Source of the DNA: Fonticula alba ATCC 38817
Taxonomy: Eukaryota > Protista > Nucleariida
Direction: 5' to 3' (one strand)
NCBI GenBank assembly: GCA_000388065.2
Contig: KB932201.1
Length of the DNA: 64,000 nucleotides
This document shows, in pieces, positions 33,404 through 47,246 of the stretch (its first letter is position 1; every line of letters starts with the position of its first letter). The notes beneath the pieces are model-generated. The model was given only the letters and a program-made list of their open reading frames with translations, ran no database searches and had not been told where the DNA came from. The translations under genes and the position numbers were made by a program.

Positions 33404-34510
33404 GGCAGCAACGAGACGATGAACTGGGAGAAGGGGCGGGGGGGAAGGGAGAACGAGCGGAGCGAGAGATACAGGTGGGGACCCGCAAGGGAGAGACCCT
33501 GAGCCACGACAGGAAGACGGGGCGCGAGGGGGCAAGGAAGGAGGAGGGCTCAAGGGGGAGGAGGGGGGGGGGCTACCCCAGGCGCCCGAGGAGCGCCGTG
33601 CGCACGCAAGCGGCCCTTCACCTCGGACGCCATCCCCCCCCCCCCCCCCCCGGGGGCGGGGGAGAGCAGGCACGCGTCGGGGCCGGCACCCAATGCCCCA
33701 CCTGCCTATGCAGACTGCCGAATGCGTTGGCATTCGGGAGCTACGTCGGCGAATTCCCCGCCCGTGGCATTCCTCCCCACGCCACACACACGCACACACA
33801 CACACCATCCTGGTGGCCGGGCCCGGGGCGCCCGGGCGATGCCCAGCGAGCCGGGCTGACCGCGGCGCACCCCCGGGGTCGGGAAGTCTAGACTGGGCGC
33901 TTTTGTTCGGCTGCCCGGGCGCGCCGTATGCTTCCCCGGGTTGGCCCCCTGCGCCCCGTCATCTGCGAAGGCTGCCGGCGGCCCCGTCCCCCTTCTCTGG
34001 CCCCTAGCTCCCCCGCCCTCGGTCCCGCCGGGGACCCCAATCTTTTTCTCGCGGGCGACTCCAACGCGCACACAGATCAGGCGCCTCGTCGAGGCAGGAG
34101 TGCGTCCCCCGCGCGCGTTGAGGCACCCTTCTCCGTGCGCCTCCTGGCGTTCCCCCCCTCCCCCCCCCTCTCCCTGGCCGCTGCTCTTGCCCTGTGCCCG
34201 TTTCTCTTGCGCGCCTCCGCGTCCCCCTCCTCCCTGCCGCCCCTCCCCCTCCCTGCCGCCCCTCCCCCCGTCCACTACCTCCTCTCTGTCTGCTCGGTCT
34301 CCTCCGCATCCCTCAGCCGCGCCCGCCTGGCCGGTGGCCTGCTGACAGCTCGCGTTTGGTCGGCACACCCACCCACTCGCGGGGCTCGCTCACCCGGGGG
34401 ACGGCCACGCCGGCTTCTCTCCTCCTCCCGCTCCCGCTCCCGCTCCCGCGTCCGCCTGTCCCTCCCCTCCCGGCCCGCTCCTTCCCCCTCCCTCCATTTT
34501 GACCGGCGAA

Positions 34511-37500
34511 ATGTCCGGCAACACGCGTGCCAACCTGGCGCAAGGGTCTCTGGATTCCGGCGCCGGCGGCGCCCCTCCAGGCTCCTCAGCCCCCGGGTCG
34601 ATGTCGGATGTGAGCACCGGCTCCGGAGTCGGCCCCGGCCCCGGGCCCGGCAGCGTGCCCTCCTCCCTCGAATCGCTCATGGCTGCTGATGGGCGCTTGG
34701 ATCGGATCATACGCCGGTCGAAGCTGCGGGACTTCCTCAGCCCCGACGCCAAGATCCGCAAGCGGCTCCAGGCATTGCAATCCTTTGTCGGTAAGCCTTC
34801 CCGCCTGCGGGCCCCTTCCCTTGCTCGGATTTCCGCCGCGCGGCCTCCCCCCTCTCTCCCATGCAATACTAACCCCACCTGTTGCCCCTTCGCACCCAAG
34901 GCCCAAGTAGCGAATTCGAGGCGGCCTTCTTCCGCGATCATGGCCCGCTGGCGTTGTCGGTGGTTTTCCGATCGATCGAGCGCCAACTGGAGAAGATCCG
35001 CCGTGCGTCCTCCCCCAATGTGCTGCACCCGTCCCCGGGCTCGGGCCCCAAATTGACCTGTCCTCAATGTCCCCCGCCCCCGCCTGTCCCCAGTCCTCAA
35101 GGAGGTGCAGATGTCCACCGCAGCCATCCAGGACCTCCTGGTGGCGGTGGAGATCCTCCGCCGGATGTGCCATCACCTGGGGCCCGATCTGCGAGTGAGT
35201 CCGCAATCCGACAAAATCGTGTCCCTCCTGCGCTTGCTCCTGGATCATGGCAACCATCATAAAATTCGCGTCGAGGGTGTCCATGTGCGCATCCGGCCCC
35301 CGGGAAGGCCGCCCCCTTCGTTCGCCCCGATGCCCTTTCTTCCCTGCGTCTCTCCCTCCATGTGCTGCCCCGGCTGTCGGGCTGGCCACTAACACTGTGA
35401 CTGTCCAGCTCCTCCTGGATTACATGTCGCTCTTCCTGGTGGATGTGCCCATGTTGGTGGAGCTGTATGCCGGGCTGATCAATTTGGCCCTCTTCTTGCC
35501 GGAGCTGGCGGCCCCGGCGCCCGGGAACAAGACCCCCGGCGCCCGACCGGTCCCCGTATCGGGGCATATGCCCCTGCGTCCGCTTCCCTACAATCCCCTG
35601 GTCCGGGCTGACCAGCTGGGCGGCTTCTCGCTGGATCTGCACACCATGCCCTTCCTGGTGCCACACGGTGACACCCCGTCCGCCATCCGGCAACACAATC
35701 TGTCCGTCCTTCGGCTCCTGCTGCAGTCGCTCGGTGCCCATGCGGCCGCCGGGCCATCACGCTACTCGGAGCTGGTGTACTTCTTCGGGCTGCTGAAGCG
35801 CCACTACCTGGTGCTCTTCTATTCCGATGCGCCCGAGCCCCTGCGCGTTCCCCAAGCATGGCCCTGCTCCAGCCTGGCTGCCAATGACCCGGCCCGTGTC
35901 CAGGGCATTCCCCATGGGCCGATGCTCGGCGTGGTGGCCCCCGGCGAGTCGGCCGCCATCGAGCAGCCCCCCGCCGGCGAGGGCTTCGCCGCCGCCGCCG
36001 TCCCGGCAGATGGCCCCGCCATGATCCCCGCCTCGCCCAGTACCACCTTCAACTCGGCCTGCCTTGGGGGCCCATTGTGCGCGGCCCCGTGGGCCATCCA
36101 GCGGGTGCTGCTGGAGTTCGTCCTGCGCGGGTGGGTTGGCCCGATGCGGCTGTCACCGGCCGATCCGGCCCTGGGTCCCGGCGACTGGGCCAGTGTGGCC
36201 TCCTTCGAGCGTCTCTTCTCCGAGAGCCTGCGAAACCGCCTCCTGCTGTTGGACATCCTACGCCAGTGCCTGCGCTTGGCGTCGGATCCCGTGGTTCACC
36301 GGCTGGTGTTCGCGGTGCCCGGGTCGCCGGGAGCCGGTGGCCGGCCGGGGCCCGCCGCCGGGCACACTGCCCCGGCCCCTGCCTCGTCCGTCGAGTCGGT
36401 GGCCTCGGTGACGGTCGTGGCCACGGTCAATGACACGGTCACCGGGTCGGATGGGCATTTCTCCCTGTCTACCGTGGCCGGGCCGGTGCTCTTGCGGAGC
36501 TCGGCCCCGCTGCCTTTGCATTTGGTGTCGGGCGTGGTGCAGCTGTACCACCTGTGGATGGTCAAGACCCCGCCGGTGTTCTTGCGGTATGACGCCACCC
36601 CGGTGGATGTGGTGCTGGATCCGACTCCCGGGACCCCGGCCGGCGCCTCGCGGCGTGGCTCGGCCGGGGCCGGCCTGGCCCGTGCCTCATCGTCCGAGCA
36701 ACCGACCCCCGGCCATGCTGCTTCCGATGGCACGACCCTCGGCATGTCGCACCCGGGGGATGGCCCGGCGGCCGGCCAGGAGGATGACGAGGATGTCGGG
36801 TCCAGCAGCGACGAGGACCTGTCGATTGTGGACATCGACTCCATCCCGGACAGCATCAAGACCGAACCGCTCAAGGGTGGCCTGAGTCCGGATGCCGGGG
36901 GGGCGGCCGGGGCTGCGGCCGGTCGGCCGGCCTCCCCGGCCCTCTCGTCGCTGGTGGCCGCGGCCACTGCGGCCGCCGCCGTCTCCGACAGCCGGCCTGG
37001 CGGCATGCCGCGCTCGGCCGATCCCGAACGCGCTGTCACCGCCGCCGTCAATGCCTACTATCGGACCCTGCTGCGGGACTTGACGCTGCTCTTCGACTCG
37101 CTCTCTCCCCTGGCCCCGGCCTCGGCCGGGCTGCTGCCCTCCGGGCTGCTCCAGCCCTCCAACGAGGGCCCGGCTTGGCTTATCACCTCTGATCAGCGGC
37201 ATTTGGAGCACCTGGAATCCGGATCCCCAGGCGAGGCGGTCTTCATCCCGGTGCATGTACGTGTCCCCACTGGCGGGTGGGGGAGTTGCATCTTTTTTTT
37301 TTTTTTTCCCGGCCCCCCTTCTGACATCCCCTCCCTCGACCTGCTTTTTTTCTCCCCCCCCTCCCCCCCCCCCTCGGGATAACCGCATCCTCCCTCCAGC
37401 TGCATTCGCCCTCGGAGCCCGACCAAAAGCTCCTCTTCAACTTGTACAGTCGCGTCCTGCAGATCATTCGCGTCATCAGCATCCAGGGCGGCCCTGGGAG

Positions 37501-40500
37501 CCTGAGCGAGGCTTGCTTGTCTGCCGGCTTGCCCGGGTCGACCCCCCTCCATGGGGCCGGCCAGTCGAAGCTCGAACGCCGGACTTGGTACACCATCATC
37601 GAGTGCCTGCTGGCCATTGGGCCACGCATTTTGGCCAGCCCCTCGCAGGTGAGCGCCGCGCGGAGCCAGCCGCAGCCCCCGTCGCAGGCGGCCCCGCGAT
37701 CGCCTTCCTCCCATCCGGCAGGGCCTTTGCCCGGGGCCCCGGGGCCCCATTCGGCGTCTGCGGCTCCGCCCCTCTCGAAGCAGGTGGACGCCACTCCGAC
37801 CGGCAGCCTGAGCAGCATTGCCAGCGCTGGCAGCGGCGCGGCCACCAGCGGCCAGGGCTCATCCATGGCCAGCCTCGACTCCTCGACCATGTCCACAGGC
37901 GGGACCTTGACCGGCACCCGTTCGCGCATCAGTCGCCTGACCAAAACCAAGAGCTTCCAGTCAATTGCCTCGCTTGTTGAAGGGGGGTCTGCCGGGCCGG
38001 CCGGCGCATCTGCCATCACACAGCCCACCTCGGCCCGAAGCGAGGAGCCCGCTCGCAGCCGGTCCGCCTCGACCTCCTCGACGGCCGAACGCCTGGCGGC
38101 CCCGGCCCCGGCCCCGGCTCCCGCCCTGGAGGAGACCCTCTTCTCTCGGCCAACCACGGCCCTGCGCATCGACCCCCCAAGGTCGGTCCTGCTGACGGAC
38201 CTGTCGCTGGCGCACAACCTGGCCCGCGAGTATTTGTTGACCCTCTTTTCGGTGCTGGTCCGGTCGCTGGTCACTTCGCGATCGCTGTGGCGTCGATGCT
38301 CGCGCCTGCTGGCCTCGTACCCGCGTCCGGAGTCGGTTGAGCTCTGGTCGGTGCGTTTCCATCTCCCCCCCCCCCCCGCCTGCCGGATGTGCCCTTGTCT
38401 CGGTGCTCTTTTTCTTCCCTCGCTGCACATTCCCCTGGCCTGACCTCCAACCGACGGGCTCCCGGCCATGCATTTGCTGCCCCCTCCAGCGGACGGTCTC
38501 TTCCATCACGCGGCTCCTCTCCCGCGTGGTTTTCCATGTCGACCTTCCCAGCCTGTCGGCCCGTGCGTCCCCCTTGCACGTCCTCGCCCGCGCGCCCGCA
38601 CATGCTTTGACGGCACTCCCTCTCCCGCCCATGATGTTGGCTTTTGATCACTGACGACTGCGAGGAAATGGAAAAAAAAAAAAAAATCCCACCTCAGCCC
38701 CCCAGCCCCCTGGCAGTGCTCGACGTCGGCCGACCGACGCCACGACCGACTCGACGTCCATTTCGCGCAGTGCCATCTCCCTACAGTCATCCACCTCTTC
38801 CAGTAGCTCGATCTCCTCGGGCATCACATCGCCAGCCATGACTGCCGGAACCACCGGCTATCTGGCCTCCACGATTCAGGCCTCCAGGCACTCAGTGGGC
38901 GACATCGCCACTGCTGTGTTGGTGGAGGTACGCGCGCATTCGCCTGCGCCATCACCTGCCCCCTGCTGCCCTCCGGCCCGCCTGCCAGACACTGACCCCC
39001 TCCTTTCCCCTCCTCCGCCTGGCGGATTGGGCCGCAGCGCTCCGCCTCGAAGGATTTGGTTATCTCCCCGATGATCACCGTCCATGTGAATGGGGCTCCC
39101 TTTGCCGCGCGCCCGGGGCCGCAGTACTCCGCGGCCGAGTTGCTGTCCGACCCGGCCGTGCATGTGCCGGACTCATCTATCTCGCCGGAATTGCCGGCCT
39201 ACTTCGAGCTCGAGGTGCGTCCCCAAACCGTGCTTCCTGCCTCTCCTCCTGCTGGTGGTCTGACTCCTTCCCTCTCTCTCTCTCTCTCTCTCTCCCTCGC
39301 CACTTCCTCGTGGCACATGGACCGCCCTCAGAATGTGGACCAGGCCCTTGGCGTTCGGCTGGACGCCTACACTCAGTGTGTCGACGAGTATCGACGCTTC
39401 GTCTACTTCAAATGGCGCTCCGTGCTCTTCCTCCTGGGCAACGTCAGCAAGATCACGGTGCGCGATGGCGCATGCACGCCTGGGCGCCTCTCTCATCAGG
39501 GTCTCTAACCCCGGGCTCTTTCCCCTCCCCCCCCCCCTCCTGCTCCTTGTCCCCACTCCCGCGTGAAAGGTGCCTCACGTCCTGTCCAAGGCCATTGAGG
39601 CTGTGGTCCAATTCATGGACGATCTGATCAAGGTGCGTTTTTTGTGCCGATCCATTTTTCTCCCCAGCCTCGCCACGGTGGTGCTTTTTCTTTTTTTTGA
39701 CACACCCATGCCCGGCCCTGGCGCGATGGATTCCCCCTTGTCTACCTCTGCCCCCAGATCCGTGACATTGGCATCAAGGCACCTCTCTCGGATCATCCAG
39801 TGCCCCCGATCTATCTCTTCACTCGCTGGCTCATCGAAACGGCCAACCTGGACAAGTACGCCTGTTGCTGGCTGACTGGCTCTTCCTCTCCGGCTCCTGC
39901 CAGCCTGCCAGCCTCCCTTGTTCTGTCCTCTTTTTCCGTCCCTCGCATTCCATCCTAGCTCGGCGTCATCTGACCCCTCTTCTCGCCCGGGGGCTCATCA
40001 GGAAATTTGCCTCCGCTCGAGCCCTGGCTGTCGGCGGCCTGATCCGGCTGATGTGTCGGTGGAATGACTCGGCCTCGGAACTGGAAACCCCCGTGCCGCA
40101 GACTCCGCTGGGCATTGAGCGTCTCCCGGCCCCGGCCCATATCCCCCCTCCGGCGGCCCCCTTCCTGCCGGAGTTCTATGTGCTCCTGTCGCGCGCGCTG
40201 ACCGGCCAACAGGAAGCCGGACCCGGGTGGGGAGCTGGCCAGCCCCTGCCGACTGCTGGTGAGGCGCTGGCTCCGGAGTTCGACATGAACCTCCTCTATA
40301 GCATCATTCGCAATATGCCGCGCTTCTTCGCCACCTGTCTGCCAGGCTCTGAGCTTCTGATTCCGGCCGTGCTGCGGGCAGTCCGGTACATTGTGCGGCT
40401 TTCTCTTCCTCTCCTCCGCATCTGCCATCTGCCCTCTCCCCCCCCCCCCCTGGCTCGACCGGTCCCTCCACCTTCCGGGCTCCCTGTCCTCCGAGCTGCC

Positions 40501-43093
40501 GCCCTCGCCCTTGCTCACACTTTGTGGTCCTCCCCCTGGCACAGCTTCTCGGAACCAACCAGACGCCGCCCCAAGAGGTGCAAACTTGTGCCATTCAAGT
40601 GCTGGCCTCCATCGTCGGCACCATCCGCCAGTTTGAGCCGGCTCCCGGTCTCCCAGCCGATGAGCAGATCGTGGTCGGCCTTCTGCCATGCGGGTTTGTC
40701 AGGCCCGATGCCACGGGCTACACCTTCAGTCAGGTACCGCGCCTCTGGCATTTGACTTTCCTCCCCCCCCCCCCCCCCCAGGCCCAATTCCCCCACCCCC
40801 CCCCCCCCCCCCCGCTCCTCCCCTTTAACCCGCAGCTTCAGGCAATCCTTCGCCGGCTGCTTTTGGACTTGATGGAGCACTTTTCCAGCCTCACGCAGCT
40901 GGACCCATCGTCTGGCGCGACGCCTGGCACGCCTTCGCCCCTGACAGCACTGCCCAGTGGCGGCCGGCAGCCCCTTTCATCGGAGGCCCACGCGTCGTTG
41001 GTGTCCTGCTTTGGGCTCTACCTCTTCGAGGAGCTGATGTCCCCAAGGTGCGGCCCTTGCTGTTGCCCCTATCGCGGCCCCCTCCTCCGGTTATCGCCTC
41101 AGTCTCTCACCGCCAGCCACCGATGCAGCCCGGATTTCGATATGGTCCTCTCTGGGCTGGATGTCCTGTTGAAGTACACGCGCTTCATTGACCCGCTCAT
41201 TGGCCAGGCGTGTGTCGATGTCATCCTGCTGTTTGCCTATAGCTGCCACGACTCGACCGCCACGGCCGGTCGCGACCGGCCGGCTCCCAGCACCACCGGC
41301 TCCCGCAGCCCGCCCCCCAGGCAAGCTGAGCCGAAGGACTCGCTGCAGGACTGCGGCTCGCGAACCCCCTCCCCGGAGCCGGATGCTGGAGCCCCCTCGC
41401 CGGAGTCGCCGCGGCAGGGTGAGCGCCGATCGCCGGCATTGAATGATCGCTGGCGTGACCTGGTGTCCTACATCGTCCCGAGCCTGGTATCCTCCATGAT
41501 CTACCTGTTCTCGGCGCCGCCGACATTCGAGAGTGCGCCATCCTGTCCCGAGCTGTTCCCTCTGCCTGCACCTGCCCTTGTTCGGCTCTCCTCTGCTCTC
41601 CGGTCTGCCGTCTTGCTGACCATGGATCCCTCGGCCCTTGTCTGTGGCGTGCCAGTCGGCGAAACCATCTCCCGCCTGCTGGCCTGCCTGGCCGAGCTGA
41701 CGTCCATCTTCCCGACGGAGATTCTCTTCAGCAATCGCAACCTCTCGGACATGGTGCTCGCTGCGCTGGAGAGCCTCCTCAGCCCTGGCGGAGCCGGGGC
41801 CACCGCACACCGGCCCGCAAGCCCCACTGGCTCGTCCTTTTCCTCGGGGGCCGGGTCGGCCTCGGTGCCGAACTCCCCGACATCCATGGGCTTGATTGGG
41901 TCCCTGGGCCGGGCGAATGCCCGGTCCCCGGCCGAGGCCGGTCGTGGTCGCGGGTCCGCCGGCTCAGCCGCGTCCGCCACCGCCAAGCATGCCCTGGGCC
42001 CCGGGGCTGCCATGTCCCCGGAGATTCTCAAAGTGCGTGGCTATCCTGCCTCCGCCTGGCCATCGGACCCTCACACATATGCTGACCTGTGCTCCTGCCA
42101 CGGCTGTGGGGCTTTCCCGGGCCCTGTGTCCCGTAGGAGGCCGCGCGCGAGCTGCTCATCCACCTCCTACACAACTCTCTCTCCTTCCCGGGGTGGAATG
42201 GGCCCAGCCGCATTGACTGGTACGTGGGCCCGCACTTCCGTGGGGAATCTTCACGGACTTGGCCAGGCGGACCGTTCCTCACATCCTCCTCCTGCTTGCC
42301 CGGCGGCTTCCTCTCCCCCATGGGACACCTGCATTTTTCCTTCCCCCCCCCCCCTCCCTGGCCCTGGCTGCTGGCCCCGCGCGCAGCAATGTCACCGAGT
42401 CCGATGACTTGAAGCTTCGCCCCAAGGGCTCCTCCGCCGAGTCCGCGCGCTATGTGGTCTTCAATCAGACGACCATTCTCTCTTTCACAGAGCTCTCCGT
42501 GCAAAAGGGTGCGCTTGGTGATGCATTCCCGTGCTCCCGGTCGCCATGGAGACCGCCGCCACTGACGCCATCGTGTGCCATGTTCCCCGGCCTGGGATGC
42601 TGTTCATAGAATCGGTGGACGTCCGCCTGATCGCTCGGAATATGACCGGTCGGTATGTGTGGGATCTGCGGCTGCTATACACGGAGGATCCGGCGGGCAC
42701 CTTCACTCGCGAGCAGCAGAGCCGGTCGGCCCACGGCCAGCATGTTCCCCTGACCAACGCGGCCAAGGTCTTCCTCGAGGCGATGACCCTGCCAGTTGGC
42801 GATGACGCTGGCCCCCCGGTTCCGGGCCTTCCCTCCGCCGAATCGGCCGACCTCCCCGTGCCCATTGATACCGAGCAGTCTCCTTCGCTATTGCAGCGCC
42901 GGCGCTCGGCCACGCACCGGTACGCCTGACTCGGGCCCCCTCTCGTTCTCTCTCCTGCCTCTGCCTGTTTTCATGGCTGAAACTCACCGATTTGTTTTTT
43001 CCTGCTCCTGATTCTCCTGCTTCTGTTGTTGGGATGGATGCCGATGATGATGATGCTGATGATGCCGATGATGCCGATGATGCCGATGATGCC

Positions 43094-43148
<55 letters not shown>

Positions 43149-45287
43149 AGGTCTGTCGGTAGCCTGGATGCCTCGACGCAGCTGCAACAGCTGTCCGTGT
43201 ATGTGCGCAGTCCGTCAGAAGCACCACATCAGCACCCGGACGCATCTGCCGCCAGTGTGGACCTGCTGGATTCCTTGCTGAACTTCATCGGGGAGAATTT
43301 CCCCCCAGGCACTGATGGCCCTGTCTGGAGCGAGGACTGGCCCCGGAGCACCGAGCCCACCAGCTTGGCCAGCACCGAAGCCGTCCGTCGATTGAGACTC
43401 AGTTCCAGCGGCGGCTTGTATGTCGCCGAGCCCGAGGGCTCAAGTACTCCAGGACTGGCCTCGACTGTGGCCACCCCGGTGCAGGGTGGCCCCCCGACCT
43501 CCGGCCTGTCGGCTCCGATGGGCCCGGCTCAGGCTCCGCCCCGGTCGGCTTCCAATTTGGACTTGCCCGTGGTGGCGATGGTGGGCGGTCGGTCGGCCAA
43601 CCCCTCGGGGGCAGCGGCCGAACCGGCCATTCCACTTCCGACCGGACTGGGGCCTGGTCATTCGGATGCCTTGGCCTTGGCCGCTCTGATGGAACAGCAT
43701 CACCTGGATCTTCACATTTCATCGCTCTACTCGTACGTTGTGCTCCCCTGCAACAGGAGGTCCCAGGGGCACAAGGCAAAAGGGAAAGGGAGGGAGAGGG
43801 GGAGGCGGGGGGAGGGGGTGCCGCCCGACCGATGGTCTCCTTCGAGCAAATGCTGACCCATGCCCTGGCCCCACAGCGAGGCCTCCAGCCTTCAGGTTGC
43901 TGATCTTGAGCCGGTCACCCCGCCGGCGATGGCGACAGCCGGCGGCCCGGGGCGCTTTCGCTTCCAGCCAGCGCAGGAGCCCGTGCGCGACCGAGCCAGC
44001 CCGCTGCCGAACCAGCTTTGCCGGCTCTTCTTCGCGAGTTTCGGCCTGCTGTCCTTCGATTCGCGCCTGCCGACCTTCGAGTTGCTGAAGCGCGATGTGC
44101 CCAAACTTGTTCGAGACATCGGCGCACTGGACCGCCAGCGTGAGCGCCATCATCTGAAGGCGGCCCTGGTGTATGTGGCTCCGGGGCAGGAAACCGAGTA
44201 TGATGTCCTGGGGAACCGGGTCGCCTCCCGGGCGTTCGATGAGTTTGCCGCCACTCTCGGCTGGCCGGTGCATCTGGCCTTCCATACTGGCTACTCGGCC
44301 GGCCTGGACACCAGTGGCTACAATGGCTGGTGGACGGCCTACTTCGCCACGGCTCGGGCGGAGCTTGTCTGGCATGTGAGCACCTGGATCCCGACCGATG
44401 CGCAGGCGGATCTACAGCGTGACCTCCACTCCGGCTCCGGGCCCGGGGCCGGTGACGGCGGTGGCGGTGGCACGGACGACGAGGAGGAGGATCCGTCTGA
44501 CCAGGCCCACATCGTGCCGCCCATTGACTGTCCCCCGCCCACCAGCATGGCACATGCCTTCTGGCCGGCGGCCGCTCCCCCGGTGCCTGGGGGGCCTCCT
44601 TCACCGCCGTCGGCTGCCGCCCTGGCGGCGGCGGCGGCGGCGGCGGCGGCTACTGCTGCTGCTACCGCCACCGCCGGTGCCTCTGCCGCCTCTAGTGCCC
44701 CTTCCGAGCCCCTGCGGCCGCCGCCGGTGCTGGTGATCGGTGATGGGGCTCTGATACCGCCGGGAGCGGTGACAGGCACCCTGTCGGCCCCGCTGGCCGA
44801 TGGCCCTGGGCACTTCGTCCCGGCGCGTGAGCAACTCCGCAAGAAGCGCCACATCGGCAATGACGTGGTCCAGGTCTTCTGGCATGAGCATTACCGGCCT
44901 TACATCCCGAACAGCGTGGTGCGGTCCTCCTTTGGGGATGTGCAAATCGTCATTTGTCCCCTTCCCAATGGGCTGCGCTCGATTGAGGTGCACACTCGGG
45001 CCGGCGGCGTGGCCGATGACCTCGGGCCGCTGATCGCCACGCCGTTGGTCCACCGGGCCATCGTGTCGGCCCGGTGCGTCGGGCCGTTGGTGCGCGCCGC
45101 TGTGCTGGAAACCACCCGCCGGACGCAGGCCGCCGGCTGGACCAACACCGCCTCGGCTGCCGACCGGCTGCCAACCCCGTATGCCAACCGCCTGCGCCTG
45201 ATCGGCGAAATTCGCCAGCGTTACCGGGTGACCACCCTCTCGTTTGAGCAGTTGATGCAGGGCCTGGTCTCGCCGGCGCTCTTCTAG
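34511..45287 (+). CDS. RALGAPA: Ral GTPase-activating protein catalytic alpha subunit (RalGAP-alpha-like), multi-exon; internal exon boundaries only partly resolved
   Basis: The N-terminus RKRLQALQSFV..AFFRDH..LLRLLLDHGNHHKIRVEG matches the RALGAPA N-terminus (TRLKHL..LKKLLHTGNSLKIRREG). The C-terminal Rap/Ran-GAP domain reads RERHHLKAALVYVAPGQ..FDEFAATLGWPV..HTGYSAGLD..YFAT..ELVWHVST..KKRHIGNDVVQVFW. Many GT-AG introns lie in between. Exon 1 is 34511-34790 and the stop is TAG at 45285-45287. Confidence 0.85.
43033..43148. repeat. Compound (GATGATGCC)n-(GAT)n repeat at the 3' end of a RalGAP-alpha intron
   Basis: Directly visible. It abuts the TAG acceptor at 43148-43150. Confidence 0.9.
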
Positions 45288-45846
45288 TCACCGGGGTTTC
45301 CCTGTGCCTTTCGGCCGGTGTCCTCCCCCCCCCCCCTCCCCGTTTCTCGCGCTCCTCTTCTCAGTTCTCTCCTTGTGCGCCGGGCGCATGCCTCCCCCCC
45401 CCCCCTCCTCCCCTCCTCCATTGGCAAGCCCCGGCTTCTTTCTCTCTCTCCAGCCGCACCCGTCGCCGCCCGGAACATCGTGCCTGTCTCGCAATTTCGA
45501 GAAAAAAAAATCCCGCGGACAGCCGTGCCACAATAGACTTCCCCTTCGCACGATTGCCATTCACGGTGGGACCATCCGTCTTGCCATCACCGGTTTTCCC
45601 TTTGAAGAGGCGGGGCAAAAGGCCCGTGTATATTGCAAGACATGGTGTATGTGACATGAGAAAGGGACCGAAGGAGGGCAGCCGGGGGGGGTGAAAAACC
45701 GGGCGAGGATGGCGGCACACAGCATTCCAGGGGCCAAAGCGAGGCCATCGTGTGGTGGTGAAAAAGGCGGACAGGGGGGGGAAGGAAAGAAGCAGGAGGA
45801 GGAGGAGGAGGAGGAGAAGGGACACTGAAAGGAGGCTCGGCCATTC

Positions 45847-47215
45847 TCACAGGGAGGACAGGGACAGAGGGGCGTCGCGCAGCCCACCGGCCACCGGGGC
45901 CCCCCCGGCCAGGGTAGACCCAAGGGTGCTGAGGCTCGCCAGAGGGAAGTACTGGCTGTACTGGCTCTGGAAGTGCCGGGTCTGGCTGGCGGAGTTGAGG
46001 AAGAGATCAACCAACTGCCGGGCCAGCTGCGGAGCCACAGCCCCGATGACCAGCATGACGGAACGCGCATCGGCGAAGGCCGGCAGATGCCGCACCCCGA
46101 TGGCCGGGTTGCCGGAAACCGAGGACGAGCCGCTCCGGTAGCTGTAGTACGGCGCATCGCGAAGGGGACCCTGCCCGGTGGCCGCCTCGCGGATGGTCGA
46201 TGCAAACAGGGCATCAATGCTGGGCTTGGTATTGGCGCTGCCGGTGGCGGGAGAGCCCGCCGGGCCGGCCGAGGTGGCCGGACCGCCCGAGCCACCACCG
46301 GCACTGGCCCCCGCCGGGCCGAGAGACCCACTGCCAAACAGCTGAGATCCACCGGGGGGCGAGGAGACATTGCCAGGGGTCGAGGCACCGCCGACACCGG
46401 CACCGGCAGCACCACTGCTGCCAGGCACACCGGCGGCGCCGCCGCTGCCACCGCTCGGGCCGGAGGGGACCGCGGCACTGGCGACGCCAGAGCCGGCGGC
46501 CGGGGCAGCACCCGGACCAGTGGCGTCCGTGCCGCTGGCCGGCGCCGGCAGGATAAACTGAAGGGAGGCCACATCCGAGGCCGGGAGATCTTGCAGAGCC
46601 GCCAGACCCAGGCCAGCGAGAGACAGCTGCGGCGAGCCGGCCAGCACCGGGCTGGGCTCCGCGGCACCGGGACGGCCCGAGGGGGAAAGACCGCCGGAGG
46701 TGGCCGAGGAGGCATCGGGCAGCCGGTGCCCGACGTACGTCAGACAGGCCACCAGGATGGCATGACCCAACTCCGAGGGGGAGCGCTGGGAGAAGGACGA
46801 AGCCGGCGCCCCGGGAGAGTCTCCCCGGTTGGGGGATGCCCCGCTGGGGGAGGCGGCCCCGGCGCCGGTGCCCCGGCCGAATGAACGGAAGGAACTGAAG
46901 CGTGAAGGGAAGATCCCGGCCTTGGCACGCTGGAGCATGGCCGATCCGGGGGAAGAAGACACCCCGCTGCCAGCAAGCTGGTCGGCACCACCTACACCAA
47001 GGGCATCCCCGCCGTCGGGGGCCGAGGCGTTGGCAAGACCCACACCAAACAGGCGCTGGATGTCCGGGTGCTTGGCGTGGCCCTCGATGATGTTGCCGAT
47101 GAGCTTCTCAAAACGCTCGAACTTGAACTGCCAGCATGAAGAGAAGGGGAAACAGGGAAAATGCAGATACGAGGTGGGTATGTGAGTGCGTGCGTGTGCG
47201 CGTGCGTGTGCGTGC

Positions 47216-47246
<31 letters not shown>

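Noticed and set aside
43026-43150. Poly-Met ORF start (MPMMMMLMMPMM...) and the complementary poly-His ORF; similar ORFs at 13485-13544
   Set aside because: These are translations of (GAT)n microsatellites. The 43 kb one lies inside a phase-consistent intron.
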